A stretch of DNA of 64,000 nt from Alteromonas sp. (GCA_964220215.1 CAXPTH010000006.1:1-64000), one strand, 5' to 3'; shown: positions 29,855 to 40,230, counted from the first letter of the stretch. Numbers and translations: made by a program. The notes: a model not told the origin generated them from the letters alone.

Positions 29855-30385
29855 ATGTTGGATGCTATTAGTATACAAACGCGCCATGTGTCAATTACCG
29901 ATGCCTTAAAAGAGTATGCTCGTGAAAAAGCAGAAAAAGTTACCAAATATTATGACAACATTCAACGTATTGTTTTGGAATTGTCGATTTTAGAGGGAAA
30001 CAAGCACAGTCAAATTGTGAAAGCTACGGTTATGGCATCGCAAACGGTGATTCGAGCCACTTTTGAATCGGGCGATATGTATGCCAGCATTGATGGGGTT
30101 GAAGAAAAAATTACCAAGCAGTTAAAAAAGCATCACGATAAATTGCGTACCAATGCACACAAAGAGTTGAATCACCGGAGTGGCAGTTCGCCATCCAATG
30201 CGGCTGCGTATTCAAAGCCGCAGCCCTTGTGTTTGGATAAGCCAACGTTTGTGGATGATGCGATTACCCATTTGGAAACGGGCCTATATCCGTTTGTTGT
30301 ATTTCGTGATGCGCAATCGCGCAAAGTTAGTATTGTCTATGAATCTTGTGATGGTGTATACACCGTGATTGAACCGGAAAATTAG
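29855..30385 (+). CDS. hpf: Ribosome hibernation promoting factor (long HPF/RaiA)
   Basis: ITDALKEYAREK, DMYASID, KQLKKH, C-terminal S30AE-like region; AAGGAG SD. Confidence 0.9.
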   Translation: MLDAISIQTRHVSITDALKEYAREKAEKVTKYYDNIQRIVLELSILEGNKHSQIVKATVMASQTVIRATFESGDMYASIDGVEEKITKQLKKHHDKLRTNAHKELNHRSGSSPSNAAAYSKPQPLCLDKPTFVDDAITHLETGLYPFVVFRDAQSRKVSIVYESCDGVYTVIEPEN

Positions 30386-30391
30386 GAGGGG

Positions 30392-30760
30392 ATGATGAAC
30401 GAACAGTATCAGTATGAATTGGTTGTGAATGGGGGTTCTGTTACCCATGAAACTGGGTTTTTCTTCAAGCCTGCTCCCTTTGTTATTGAGTGGGAGGGGC
30501 AAACGGCATCGGTAACGTTTCGGCGCAATGCCCATCATGAAGTAGTCTATGCGATTCAGCAAGATAATCAATTGGTTGCCGAATTAGAACATCCCGATTA
30601 TGTGGCGGATGTCGAACCGAACAAATTGGGACGTTTGACCGCTGTGTTTGCTGCCTTGGTCCATTTGGGCATTACAGCCAATCAATCATATCACGATTTT
30701 TTTGAATCACATTCAGTATCGTTTACCGTTAAACAGCCCATATTTTTAACCGCTGTTTAA
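30392..30760 (+). CDS. Hypothetical protein
   Basis: 122-aa ORF with GGAGG SD immediately after hpf. Confidence 0.6.
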   Translation: MMNEQYQYELVVNGGSVTHETGFFFKPAPFVIEWEGQTASVTFRRNAHHEVVYAIQQDNQLVAELEHPDYVADVEPNKLGRLTAVFAALVHLGITANQSYHDFFESHSVSFTVKQPIFLTAV

Positions 30761-30777
30761 GTACGCTCTGCATACCG

Positions 30778-30786
30778 TGATATAAT
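30778..30786 (+). promoter_or_regulatory. Extended -10 promoter of tatC (probably leaderless)
   Basis: TGATATAAT, a consensus extended -10, 6 nt before ATG 30793. Confidence 0.6.
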
Positions 30787-30792
30787 GCCGGT

Positions 30793-31515
30793 ATGATGCA
30801 GTCTAACTTGCCATTATTGGGGCACTTGCGTGTATTGCGTGGGGTTTTATTTCGAACCGTGCTATGGATTGGTTTGGGTGGTGGGGTTGTATTTGCATTG
30901 TTTGATGCGGTTGTTGGTGTGTTTTTGCAATTATTTCCCCACACAGCAACACACAATTCGGTGTTTATGCATCATATTTTTGAAGGCTTTAGTGTGCGAT
31001 TAAAATTATCGGCTATTGGCGGCATTGTGCTAGCATCACCGGCATGGGTGCTGGACTGGTTAACGTTTATCATTCCAGGCTTGAAACGGCGGGAGCGCGT
31101 GTGGCTATTGGCGGGGTTGTTGGCAGCTGTTGTGCTGGCTGTATTGGGTGCTGTTGTTGCGTATCGGGTGATTTTGCCCCTCAGTATTCAAATTCTAACC
31201 GGGTTTTCGTTTGTTCCGGATTCGGTGGGGGTTATGTTGAACTATCAGCATAGTGTGCTGTATGCCGTCAAATTTGTTGCCTATAGCGTTCTTGTTTTTC
31301 AATTTCCCATTGTTTTGATGGCATTAATGGGGTTGGGGGTGCTAAAGCGTCGGTCGTTACTCAAAGCCAGTCGGTATAGCGTGATTGGTATTTTTATTGT
31401 GTCTGCGATTTTGACCCCGCCGGATATTGTGTCTCAATTGGGGTTAGCGGCACCGTTGATCGGCCTGTACGGGGCCACGGTCCTGATCGCGTACGCACTT
31501 CGGATTGGCTCATGA
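30793..31515 (+). CDS. tatC: Twin-arginine translocase TatC
   Basis: PLLGHLRVLR, FIIPGLKRRE, FQFP, SAILTPPD; six TM segments. Confidence 0.92.
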   Translation: MMQSNLPLLGHLRVLRGVLFRTVLWIGLGGGVVFALFDAVVGVFLQLFPHTATHNSVFMHHIFEGFSVRLKLSAIGGIVLASPAWVLDWLTFIIPGLKRRERVWLLAGLLAAVVLAVLGAVVAYRVILPLSIQILTGFSFVPDSVGVMLNYQHSVLYAVKFVAYSVLVFQFPIVLMALMGLGVLKRRSLLKASRYSVIGIFIVSAILTPPDIVSQLGLAAPLIGLYGATVLIAYALRIGS

Positions 31516-31715
31516 TTGGCATTGGGAGTATTGAATGTGTGTTGGTGTTGGCGGTGGCCATTTTAATTATTGACCCGTCCGATTGGCCCGTTGTTATTCG
31601 AAAAATTCGACAGATATGGCACGGCATCCTGCGGATCTATCATGAAATTATGGGGCAGTGTCAGGCCATTGAGTCGCAGCTGGATGAAACAGGATCCGAT
31701 TCATGCGGTGGGTAA
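31512..31715 (+). CDS. TatA/TatB-like small subunit
   Basis: GIGSIE..LVLAVAILIIDP..WP then an amphipathic helix; coupled to tatC by ATGA. Confidence 0.7.
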   Translation: MIGIGSIECVLVLAVAILIIDPSDWPVVIRKIRQIWHGILRIYHEIMGQCQAIESQLDETGSDSCGG

Positions 31716-31948
31716 TTGGGCTGTATGGCTGTTCCTTTTTGTTGTTGTTTGTGAATGGGTTTATTAATGTGCATTTAATGGTTTGGGATGACTATACCTA
31801 TCAACAGACGCAATCAATTAAAGCACTGGATGCACAAGTGCGAGACAGGCAAATTCAACTCTGGCATCACAAACGATTGGATCAATTGGAATTGCGTGCG
31901 GATCATTACATGCCGTTGCATCAAAAGCGTGCCATTGTTATTCCATGA
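31703..31948 (+). CDS. Probable FtsL-like cell division protein
   Basis: Single TM plus coiled coil (LDQLELRA) directly before the PBP. Confidence 0.55.
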   Translation: MRWVIGLYGCSFLLLFVNGFINVHLMVWDDYTYQQTQSIKALDAQVRDRQIQLWHHKRLDQLELRADHYMPLHQKRAIVIP

Positions 31949-33618
31949 ATCGAACCCGGTTTCCACTGATTATTATGGGGCTTATTGCCTTGGTGGGTGT
32001 GTTGATTGGGCGCTTGATTTATTTGCAATGGATTCAATACGATGTGTTGACAGCGTTGGCCCATAATCAAATTCAAAAAACCCAGAAAATATCGGCATTT
32101 CGAGGGGGGATTTATGATCGAAACGATGTGCCGCTAGCCATTTCAAAGCAAGTGTATTCGGCCTATGCTGTACCAGTTAAAATTCAGGATCCATCCGAAT
32201 GGGCCAAGCGAATCGCTCCGTGCATTCAGATGCCGGTTCACGTTGTTTTAAACAGTGTAAAGCCCAACACATCATTTGTTTGGTTGAAACGGCAGCTGAC
32301 CGATACCCAATTACAAGCGCTTCGAACACTAAACGATCCAGCAATTGGCTTCTTACCGGAATATAAGCGGGTGTATCCCCATGGGTCCTTGGCGGCTCAT
32401 GTCGTGGGTTTTACAGGCATGGATAGCCAGGGGTTAAGTGGTGTAGAGTATTACTATGGGTCTGCGCTGAGTGGGCAGCCCGGTAAACAAGTGTTGGAAA
32501 GTGACCCGTTGGGCGTACCCATCCCCTTGGGTAAAACAACGGTTATACAGCCGGCATTGGACGGCAACGATGTTCAGTTAACCCTGGATTTAACCCTTCA
32601 GTATTTTACAGAAAAATATCTAAAAGAAGGGATTGAACGCATGGGGGGGATCCATGGGCAAGCGGTAGTTATGGATCCCCATACGGGAGAGGTCTTGGCG
32701 ATGGCGAGCTACCCGACCTTTGATTTGAATCAGTGGCAAACCGATGCGGCGATGACCTATGGAAATCCGGTGGTGACCGATGTTTATGAACCGGGGTCTG
32801 TATTTAAATTAATTACAGTTGCGTCTGCATTAGAAGAAGGGGTTGTGACCGCTGGTACAGTTTTAGAGGTTCCAGAAACCTTGACGATTGCATCGGATGT
32901 AATTAAAGAAGCGCATGAACGCAATGCAGGAGAAACGGATCAAAAAAGCATTGAAGATATTGTGAAAGACTCATTAAATGTGGGGGTGAGTTTGGTGTCT
33001 CAAGATTTGGGAAATGAAAAGTTTTTTCGATATATTCAACATTTTGGATTTGGAAAATCAACGGCTGTGGGATTGCCGGGAGAAACCGGGGGCTTGGTGC
33101 GGCCATTCACAGACTGGCGGGCCGTAGATACCGCTACAATTGCATTTGGTCAAGGCATTGGGGTGTCAAGTATGCAATTGGCAACAGCCGTAAGCGCCAT
33201 TGTTAATGGGGGAATTTTAGTCCGGCCGCGCATTATTCAGAGTGTTAAAACGGATACAACCCATAAATTGGCTCGGGGAATTCGTCGAAATCGAATTTTA
33301 ACGCAAGATACGGCCAATGAAATGCGAAGCATGATGGAAAGCGTGGTCCAATCGGGGACGGCTGCGCATTTGAAAATACCGGGGTATCGCATTGGCGGTA
33401 AAACAGGAACGGCGAATAAACCGTCGCCGACGGGTGGGTATTATGCGGATCGGTATGTCGCGTCGTTTGTTGGATTTTTGGATACCCCAAGCCTTGTTCT
33501 ATTGGTTATGGTTGATAGTCCCGAAAAAAGCATTTGGGGGTCAACGGTTGCGGGGCCTATTTTTAGACGTATTGCGTTGTCGGCTATTGATTACTATGGG
33601 GCATCCCCGATACACTAA
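31945..33618 (+). CDS. ftsI: Class B penicillin-binding protein (FtsI/SpoVD-like)
   Basis: RGGIYDRN, KRVYPHG, YEPGSVFK (SxxK), SLN, GGKTGTA. Confidence 0.88.
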   Translation: MNRTRFPLIIMGLIALVGVLIGRLIYLQWIQYDVLTALAHNQIQKTQKISAFRGGIYDRNDVPLAISKQVYSAYAVPVKIQDPSEWAKRIAPCIQMPVHVVLNSVKPNTSFVWLKRQLTDTQLQALRTLNDPAIGFLPEYKRVYPHGSLAAHVVGFTGMDSQGLSGVEYYYGSALSGQPGKQVLESDPLGVPIPLGKTTVIQPALDGNDVQLTLDLTLQYFTEKYLKEGIERMGGIHGQAVVMDPHTGEVLAMASYPTFDLNQWQTDAAMTYGNPVVTDVYEPGSVFKLITVASALEEGVVTAGTVLEVPETLTIASDVIKEAHERNAGETDQKSIEDIVKDSLNVGVSLVSQDLGNEKFFRYIQHFGFGKSTAVGLPGETGGLVRPFTDWRAVDTATIAFGQGIGVSSMQLATAVSAIVNGGILVRPRIIQSVKTDTTHKLARGIRRNRILTQDTANEMRSMMESVVQSGTAAHLKIPGYRIGGKTGTANKPSPTGGYYADRYVASFVGFLDTPSLVLLVMVDSPEKSIWGSTVAGPIFRRIALSAIDYYGASPIH

Positions 33619-33623
33619 GTAAT

Positions 33624-34331
33624 ATGCGTATTTTAGTATCCGCTTGGGCTTGGCTTGTTATGATTTTGGGCTTGGCTCTCCATGTGGGCATGACCCAATT
33701 GGGCATGCTGGTTATGCGAGCAACCCCGCAGCAAGCGGCCTGGTGCGCGCGTACGGCTCGGTATTTTTTAATGGGTATGTTTTGGTTGAGCCGCATTCGG
33801 GTGGTTGTTCGGGGCCTCGACAATGCGATGAATGCCCACCCTGTGTTAATCTTAGCCAATCATTGCAGCCATGCTGATATTATTGCATTGCTGCGAACAT
33901 TGCCGATTCATAGTGTATTTGTAGCCAAGCAAGAGTTGTTTCGCGTTCCATTATTGGCGCATGAGTTGCGCTCGCATGGGCATATGGCCATCAATCGAGC
34001 CAATCCCAGGCAATCGTTAACGGTATTAAATGGGATTGTAGATCAATTGGCATTGGGGCGATCGGTTGTGGTGTTCCCAGAAGGCACACGATCTCCAGAC
34101 GGAACCTTGCAGCCCTTTCATCGGGCCGTATTTTCGGTTGCATTTAAACACAATATTCCAATTTTGCCAGTGACTATTCAGGGCTCAACATCGGTGTTAT
34201 CCAAAGATAGCCTGATCATTCAACCCGGTACCATTGAGCTCGATATTCATTCGGTTATTCAGCCCAATCAGGCGGATACAGTGGATGATTTAATGGCTCA
34301 AGTCCGGGCGAGTATTGGGCTTCACCCATAA
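33624..34331 (+). CDS. plsC: 1-acyl-sn-glycerol-3-phosphate acyltransferase
   Basis: NHCSHAD (HxxxxD), FVAKQEL, FPEGTRS, ILPV. Confidence 0.9.
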   Translation: MRILVSAWAWLVMILGLALHVGMTQLGMLVMRATPQQAAWCARTARYFLMGMFWLSRIRVVVRGLDNAMNAHPVLILANHCSHADIIALLRTLPIHSVFVAKQELFRVPLLAHELRSHGHMAINRANPRQSLTVLNGIVDQLALGRSVVVFPEGTRSPDGTLQPFHRAVFSVAFKHNIPILPVTIQGSTSVLSKDSLIIQPGTIELDIHSVIQPNQADTVDDLMAQVRASIGLHP

Positions 34332-35600
34332 CGGGGACAGGGCATAGATGGCGATAAGGCCCAGTATGACATCATGCAAGTAGGGGATCGTAATCATAAT
34401 CAACGTTGACAGCAAAAAGCAGCTGAACAACCCCCAACCAACAATGCGCAACACCCAGTGGTTGCGAGCCGCTCGGAAATGAATGTATGAAATTGTAGAA
34501 ATCATCAGTAAGCTGGATACGACACTAATGCTGGCAAAGCCAATCGGGCTGCTCAAACTGGATTGTGTGGCTACAATCACAAATCCTGCACCCACCGGCG
34601 ATGGGAGTCCTTCAAAAAAATTTTGATGGCCGGATTGCTTAAATCGCTTGATTCGGTAATACACGCACCAGCCATAAACTATACCAAGACCAATGCCGAT
34701 CAGTGAGTGTAAATAGCAGGCGATTAAAATACTGGGCGCAATGCCGAAGCTCAACACATCGGCGCGGCTATCCAACTGTTGCCCCCATGTGGATGACGTA
34801 TTTAATTTTCGAGCGAATAACCCGTCGAGGGCATCGCATACGGTTGCACCCAAAAGACCGACCATGGTCAATCTGAACTGACCGGTCAATGACCAATAAA
34901 TAGCGGCAAACCCTAAAACAATATTGAGCAATGTAAATGTATTTGGAATTAAGGCATAGAGGTATTTTTTTGCAGCTTGATGGTCGTTGTTGGTTTGGTG
35001 CAATAATTTTTCCCATGTAAACAGCCACGCATAGTGTAAAAATGACCAAACGGTAATTCCAACCATTAGAATAATGAGTCCTTGTATGATTGGTTCAGGC
35101 CAAGTAGTCACCCAGTGTTGCAGTAGACTTAGGGGTTTCCAGTACCAACCCATGGATGCATCAGGCTGGGTAACCACGCGTCCCAATAAAATACCACAGA
35201 CGGGCAATGTAATGGCTGTTTTTAACTTGCCTAGTCCCTTGGCTTCAACTAAATTTAATTTATGACGTGCCGCAACAATACGCAAAGCCATCACAGAGAA
35301 TTCACGGGTTAAAATAATAAAAATTGGAAAACTGGTAATAACCCCCATTTGCAATAAAGGGAGCAAAACAAGCACCAAAATTTTATCGGCCAGTGGGTCT
35401 AAAATCTTTCCGATGTAGCTGATGCAGTTGTATTTTCGGGCAAACCAGCCATCAATAAAATCGGTTAAGCAAACCACAGTGTACAATACGATTGTCACCA
35501 ATTGGGTATAGTGACTGGTATAGGGGGTTAGCATAAAAATAAAGGCAACGCCTAAGATGCGAAAGAGGCTAATAAAATTAGGGACTTGATTTATGATAAT
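34290..35600 (-). CDS. Fusion of two CDP-alcohol phosphatidyltransferase domains (PgsA-like + PssA-like)
   Basis: TDFIDGWFARK..GKILDPLADK and CDALDGLFARK..GQQLDSRADVLSFGIAP..FEGLPSP. The conserved N-terminal PN..S..RI lies upstream of ATG 35534, so the start is extended to ATT/ATC/ATA at 35600-35594. Confidence 0.85.
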   Translation of the reverse strand: MIINQVPNFISLFRILGVAFIFMLTPYTSHYTQLVTIVLYTVVCLTDFIDGWFARKYNCISYIGKILDPLADKILVLVLLPLLQMGVITSFPIFIILTREFSVMALRIVAARHKLNLVEAKGLGKLKTAITLPVCGILLGRVVTQPDASMGWYWKPLSLLQHWVTTWPEPIIQGLIILMVGITVWSFLHYAWLFTWEKLLHQTNNDHQAAKKYLYALIPNTFTLLNIVLGFAAIYWSLTGQFRLTMVGLLGATVCDALDGLFARKLNTSSTWGQQLDSRADVLSFGIAPSILIACYLHSLIGIGLGIVYGWCVYYRIKRFKQSGHQNFFEGLPSPVGAGFVIVATQSSLSSPIGFASISVVSSLLMISTISYIHFRAARNHWVLRIVGWGLFSCFLLSTLIMITIPYLHDVILGLIAIYALSPLWVKPNTRPDLSH

Positions 35601-37783
35601 GTAAACTCCTTTTCTTCTATTTCTTCAGCTTGCATCAGTTGAATACCGGTTTCTTTTTCAAATTGGTCAGCATTGGCTTTTACTTTGGGTAAGTACACGT
35701 TAACGGTGGTGCCTTTGTCAATCTCGGAGTCAATCTTGATGGCGCCATTATGCCGCAATACAATGTCTCGAATGATGGGAAGCCCAAGTCCAGACCCGGA
35801 TGATTTGGTTGAAAAAAATGTTTCGTTAATTCTACGCAGTGTTTGGCTATCCATACCGTGGCCGGTATCCATGCACTGAATTTCGATATAATTTCCAGGC
35901 ATTAGTTGGCTACTTATTGTAATAGTGCCGCCATGAATACGCATAGCCTGCACAGCATTTAATAATATATTGGTAAATAGTTGAAATACTTGATTTACAT
36001 CGGCTTTGATAATAATGTCATTGTGAATGGTATTGACTACGGCGACTCGATGCTTATTAAATTCACCGGTTAATAGTTCAATGGCTTGTTTGAGATGATG
36101 GTGCAAATTAATCGGTTGCAGTTTGGTGACCGATGGCTTTCCCAGTTGCCCCAGTAAACAAGTCATATTCGTGACCCGAGCTAACTGATTCATGACCAGT
36201 GATGAAAACTTTTCACGAAAGGATTCATTGTTCCAATTGCTTGGCAATAACTGAGCAAATGAATGAATGCCTACCAATGAATTTTTAATTTCATGGGCAA
36301 TGCTGGCCGACATGGTGCCAAGCATGGACAATTGGTTGCTTTGTTGTATTTTAAGCTGTAATTTTCGCATAGCGGATAAATCCGTAATCATACATAAAAT
36401 TTCAGATTCAATCAGTTGGGCGGATAAGTAGATGGAATTCACCATGCCATCGTACTCAATGGTGGTTTCAAAGGCAATGGGTACTTGGGATATGGCAACA
36501 TATTCAATTTGCTGAATATCGGGGCACTTGTCATACACATGACTCACTTTTTTTTCAATCAGTGTGTGTGTTTCATTAAACAATTTCAATGCTTTCGAAT
36601 TGCACGAGACAATATTTAAATTTTTGTCCAACACGATAATACCCACGGGGTTGTTGTCTAAAACCGCTTGATTATAGGCGTTGGTTTTTTGCATGGCTTC
36701 GAAGTTAGCGATACGATTAATCGGTAATTTAACAGCGTCCATTGCAATGGGAATTAATGAATGTTGTGGGATTAAAGTATCACTCGGATACAGTGGGGCC
36801 AGAAATAGTCCATGGACGTGGCCATGGGTATTTCGAATGGGCATTAAAAAATACTGTTCTGTACGGAAAATAGCGCGAAATAAGTGATATACATCTTGAT
36901 TTTGACTAAATATTGGATGCGTATGGGTAATGGATCGACTGCTTAAATCAGACAGTAGGGCCGCATGAATAAACAGTGGGTACTGATATAAACTCAAATA
37001 GGGTGTTTGATTGATTCCCATTGGAATAAACGATTGTGTGGCTGGAATATAATGAAAATATACGATTGTTTTTAACCCGAATAGATCATTGAGTAGCCGG
37101 GTGGATAATCTGGCTAATGATTTTTGACTTGTGCATTGGCTCGATTCTATTGAGAATAAATGTAAGCGGGACAGGCGTTGAACATTGTTTTGGTTATTTA
37201 AATGCAACAATGCATGCTGAATAGCCAAGGCTAATATTTGGCTGATTTTCCATAACTGATTGTAATCAAATTGATGTAGTGCGCGATATTTGGGTAAGGG
37301 TCCGCACAATAAAATACCCTGCAATTTGCCCATAGAAAATAAAGGGAAGCAAATATGGGCATTAAATTTTTTAAGCTCATCCATATGCTCATTGTTTGAT
37401 ATTTTGAAATTGCCGGTATAACTTTGAGTGACCAATCGCCGATGAACATCCAACCACTTCCACAACGACTTAGACGGCAGGCTTGACGTATTAACAGGGT
37501 CGCCATAATGGGATAAAGCACGGAGTCCTTCATAGTCACTATCGGTGTAATACAGGCTGACATGTTTAAACGGAAACACTAGGGTGATTTTTGATATAAA
37601 GGATTTGAACATATCGTGGTAATTCATATATTGGTGCAAACTAAAAGACAAGGAGTCCGAAATGTTGTAAATGTACCAACGGCGATACGATATCAATCGA
37701 ATGGCTAATAAAAATAAGCGACGGCGTTGAGAGACCAAAACGCTAATCACACCAATAACGATTGGAATAATTAGCCAGTTCAT
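35591..37783 (-). CDS. Sensor histidine kinase with GAF-like and PAS-like domains (orphan)
   Basis: GAF-like ICFPLF..GKLQGILLCG, PAS-like NNPVGIIVLD, IAHEIKN, NILLNAVQA, DTGHGM, FFSTK, GSGLGL. Confidence 0.9.
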   Translation of the reverse strand: MNWLIIPIVIGVISVLVSQRRRLFLLAIRLISYRRWYIYNISDSLSFSLHQYMNYHDMFKSFISKITLVFPFKHVSLYYTDSDYEGLRALSHYGDPVNTSSLPSKSLWKWLDVHRRLVTQSYTGNFKISNNEHMDELKKFNAHICFPLFSMGKLQGILLCGPLPKYRALHQFDYNQLWKISQILALAIQHALLHLNNQNNVQRLSRLHLFSIESSQCTSQKSLARLSTRLLNDLFGLKTIVYFHYIPATQSFIPMGINQTPYLSLYQYPLFIHAALLSDLSSRSITHTHPIFSQNQDVYHLFRAIFRTEQYFLMPIRNTHGHVHGLFLAPLYPSDTLIPQHSLIPIAMDAVKLPINRIANFEAMQKTNAYNQAVLDNNPVGIIVLDKNLNIVSCNSKALKLFNETHTLIEKKVSHVYDKCPDIQQIEYVAISQVPIAFETTIEYDGMVNSIYLSAQLIESEILCMITDLSAMRKLQLKIQQSNQLSMLGTMSASIAHEIKNSLVGIHSFAQLLPSNWNNESFREKFSSLVMNQLARVTNMTCLLGQLGKPSVTKLQPINLHHHLKQAIELLTGEFNKHRVAVVNTIHNDIIIKADVNQVFQLFTNILLNAVQAMRIHGGTITISSQLMPGNYIEIQCMDTGHGMDSQTLRRINETFFSTKSSGSGLGLPIIRDIVLRHNGAIKIDSEIDKGTTVNVYLPKVKANADQFEKETGIQLMQAEEIEEKEFTLS

Positions 37784-38268
37784 TCTAAGCCTAATTGGTG
37801 AATAATATGGTATTCATGTGGGTCAATCGGGGTAATCGATAATCGAGACCCCTTTTGTAAAATCATTAAATTTTGTAATTCTGGATGATCACGAAGCGTT
37901 TGAATAGGAATAACGGATTTGAATTTTTGTTCAAATGCTATATCAACCATCACCCAGCGAGGGTTTTCTGGACTGGATTGCGGATCAAAGTAGCGATGTG
38001 TGGGATCCCATGAAAAATGATCGGGATAGACTGTTTTGCAAACTCGAGCAAGACCAGCAGCGCCCGGAGGCTTCGCATTGGAATGATAAAAAACAACGCG
38101 ATCATTTAATTTCATGTGGTCCCGCATGAAGTTGCGCGCTTGATAATTTCGAACGCCTTCCCAGGAGGTTGACCCATCGGTTTCAAGATTTGAAATCGAG
38201 TAAACATCGGGCTCACATTTCATGAGCCAGTAGCCAGTTATGCGAATAGACTGACGAGTAGTGTCCAT
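37780..38268 (-). CDS. EVE domain protein
   Basis: YWLMKCEP, WEGVRNYQARNFMR, FYHSN, RLSITP; start may be ATA at 38241. Confidence 0.93.
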   Translation of the reverse strand: MDTTRQSIRITGYWLMKCEPDVYSISNLETDGSTSWEGVRNYQARNFMRDHMKLNDRVVFYHSNAKPPGAAGLARVCKTVYPDHFSWDPTHRYFDPQSSPENPRWVMVDIAFEQKFKSVIPIQTLRDHPELQNLMILQKGSRLSITPIDPHEYHIIHQLGLE

Positions 38269-39980
38269 AAAAGAATGGCACCTCCCATTGATACAGTCGC
38301 CAACGGTATTTGTGTTTTCACGTGGTCCATTAGATCACAGCCGGTGGTCATGGAACTGAGTACCGTTGTGTCGGATATGGGGGAACACTGGTCCCCGAAC
38401 ACAGCGCCATTTAGAATTGAACAAAAACAAATGAGCATAAAAAACTCTAAATTCACCAGTCCATGGGCCATTCCTACATGAAACGATAATGGCAATGCCA
38501 AGGGTAATGATACCGCAAAAGTCCCCCAACTGGTTCCTGTTGCAAATGCAATAAACATAGTTAGTAAAGCCAACAGTCCAGGCAAGAGCCAAAAGGGAAT
38601 CCAACTGCCCAATAGATCAACCAAGTAGGCACCGCCACCCGTTGCTTTGGACATGGCGCCAATGGTCATGGCCAACAACAAAATGAGCGAGCCCAACACA
38701 ACACCCTTAAAGCCTAAAGACAAGCCATCGATAACATCTTTGGCTCCCATGCCCCGCAAGAATGCCATTAGAATGGATGTCATTAACGCAAGGCCAAACG
38801 CCCACAATACTTTGGGTGATCCTAGCGTAATATAGGTGCTAATGGCGAAACCCAAGACAACCAGCAATGGAATAAAGAAATCCCCAATTGTAATTCGATA
38901 GCCACTGGGGACATGATCGGTATCGTAATGCAAACTATTCACGGGCTCTGCATCGGGGGCGTCTAATTCACCCGTTTCACGGGCCCTTCGAATCGCTGCG
39001 TTTAGCTGTTGCCCACACCAGGGTAACCGTTCAATACTTAACAGCAGTGTCGATGTGATCGCAAAAATAGCATAGAAATTAAACGGAATGCTTTTGAAAA
39101 AAAATGCGATTCGATCCGCTTCTGTGGCCAACCAGGCGGCACCACCCACAAAACTAAACGCTTGAACGTAACTGGGCCATGCGTTAAACGGCAGCAATAT
39201 TGCAATGGGGGAGGAGGTTGAGTCAACAATAAAAGACAACTCTTCGTGACTGACCCGTTCTTCGTCAGCAAGTGGTCGAACGGTTGTGCCCACTAAAACA
39301 GCACTAACGGTTCCCCCTTGGAAAAATATGATCCCCAATAACCAAGCGACAACTTTAGCAGTTTTGGGACCACGCACAAAATGCTTGGCCATAAACTCAG
39401 CAAATGCTTTGGAGGCCCCTGTTTTTTCCCACATGCCCATTAAACCGCCCAATAACCATAAATATAAAATTAAAACAGTGGCGGCATTTTTAGACATAAA
39501 GGTTGGGACCAACACATCGTCTAAGATATTAAATTTCCCAATTAAAAAAGCACCGGCAATAATGCCCCCAGATAAGGCAGTGATGGGTTCTTTGACAATC
39601 CAACACAATAAAATAGCAACAATGGCGGGTAATAAAGACCAAATCCCCCAATGGCGCGTCACTTTTAGGCGTTGAATATCGCCGTTGGTCTGAATGACAA
39701 ACTCTTCGGTAACAGCCGGTGTTGTTTTAGCGGCATTCACGGCCTCGAGGTTTTGAGGTGTTAAATAGGCGGTATCAATCGGGACTAAGTTTTCAATAAT
39801 AACGGGGGCTTTATTGTAGGTGTACGCCCATTGACCGGTTTCTGTTTTGAAAGCATCCACGCTCATGCGTTCAATGGTCCATGTGGGTGGGGTTGTTTTA
39901 CCAATATACAAGGACAGTAGAACGCCAATGATCAAAACCAATGATGCGGGGCGTGTAATTGTTCTGAATAAATTTTTCAT
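38238..39980 (-). CDS. Na+/H+ antiporter NhaC family transporter
   Basis: WSLLPAIVAI, SHEELSFIVDSTSSP, FATGTSWGTF, GAVFGDQCSPISDTT, DHVKTQ. Confidence 0.92.
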   Translation of the reverse strand: MKNLFRTITRPASLVLIIGVLLSLYIGKTTPPTWTIERMSVDAFKTETGQWAYTYNKAPVIIENLVPIDTAYLTPQNLEAVNAAKTTPAVTEEFVIQTNGDIQRLKVTRHWGIWSLLPAIVAILLCWIVKEPITALSGGIIAGAFLIGKFNILDDVLVPTFMSKNAATVLILYLWLLGGLMGMWEKTGASKAFAEFMAKHFVRGPKTAKVVAWLLGIIFFQGGTVSAVLVGTTVRPLADEERVSHEELSFIVDSTSSPIAILLPFNAWPSYVQAFSFVGGAAWLATEADRIAFFFKSIPFNFYAIFAITSTLLLSIERLPWCGQQLNAAIRRARETGELDAPDAEPVNSLHYDTDHVPSGYRITIGDFFIPLLVVLGFAISTYITLGSPKVLWAFGLALMTSILMAFLRGMGAKDVIDGLSLGFKGVVLGSLILLLAMTIGAMSKATGGGAYLVDLLGSWIPFWLLPGLLALLTMFIAFATGTSWGTFAVSLPLALPLSFHVGMAHGLVNLEFFMLICFCSILNGAVFGDQCSPISDTTVLSSMTTGCDLMDHVKTQIPLATVSMGGAILLWTLLVSLFA

Positions 39981-40118
39981 AGTAAAGGACAACCTCATTG
40001 CTGTGTTAAAACATTAAAAACAAACACTTCTCATTATAGTATTGAATCCAAAATAATGCCACTTGAATTATAACAAGTTGACCATGCTTGATTTTTTGTG
40101 CTAGAGTTTTAGTATCGT

Positions 40119-40193
<75 letters not shown>

Positions 40194-40230
40194 AATTAGA
40201 GGGTTTTGCGTTATACTGATTTTTGTACTT

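Noticed and set aside
37780..38268. EVE protein as an anti-phage modified-DNA sensor
   Set aside because: Stand-alone housekeeping-type EVE with no nuclease or toxin partner nearby
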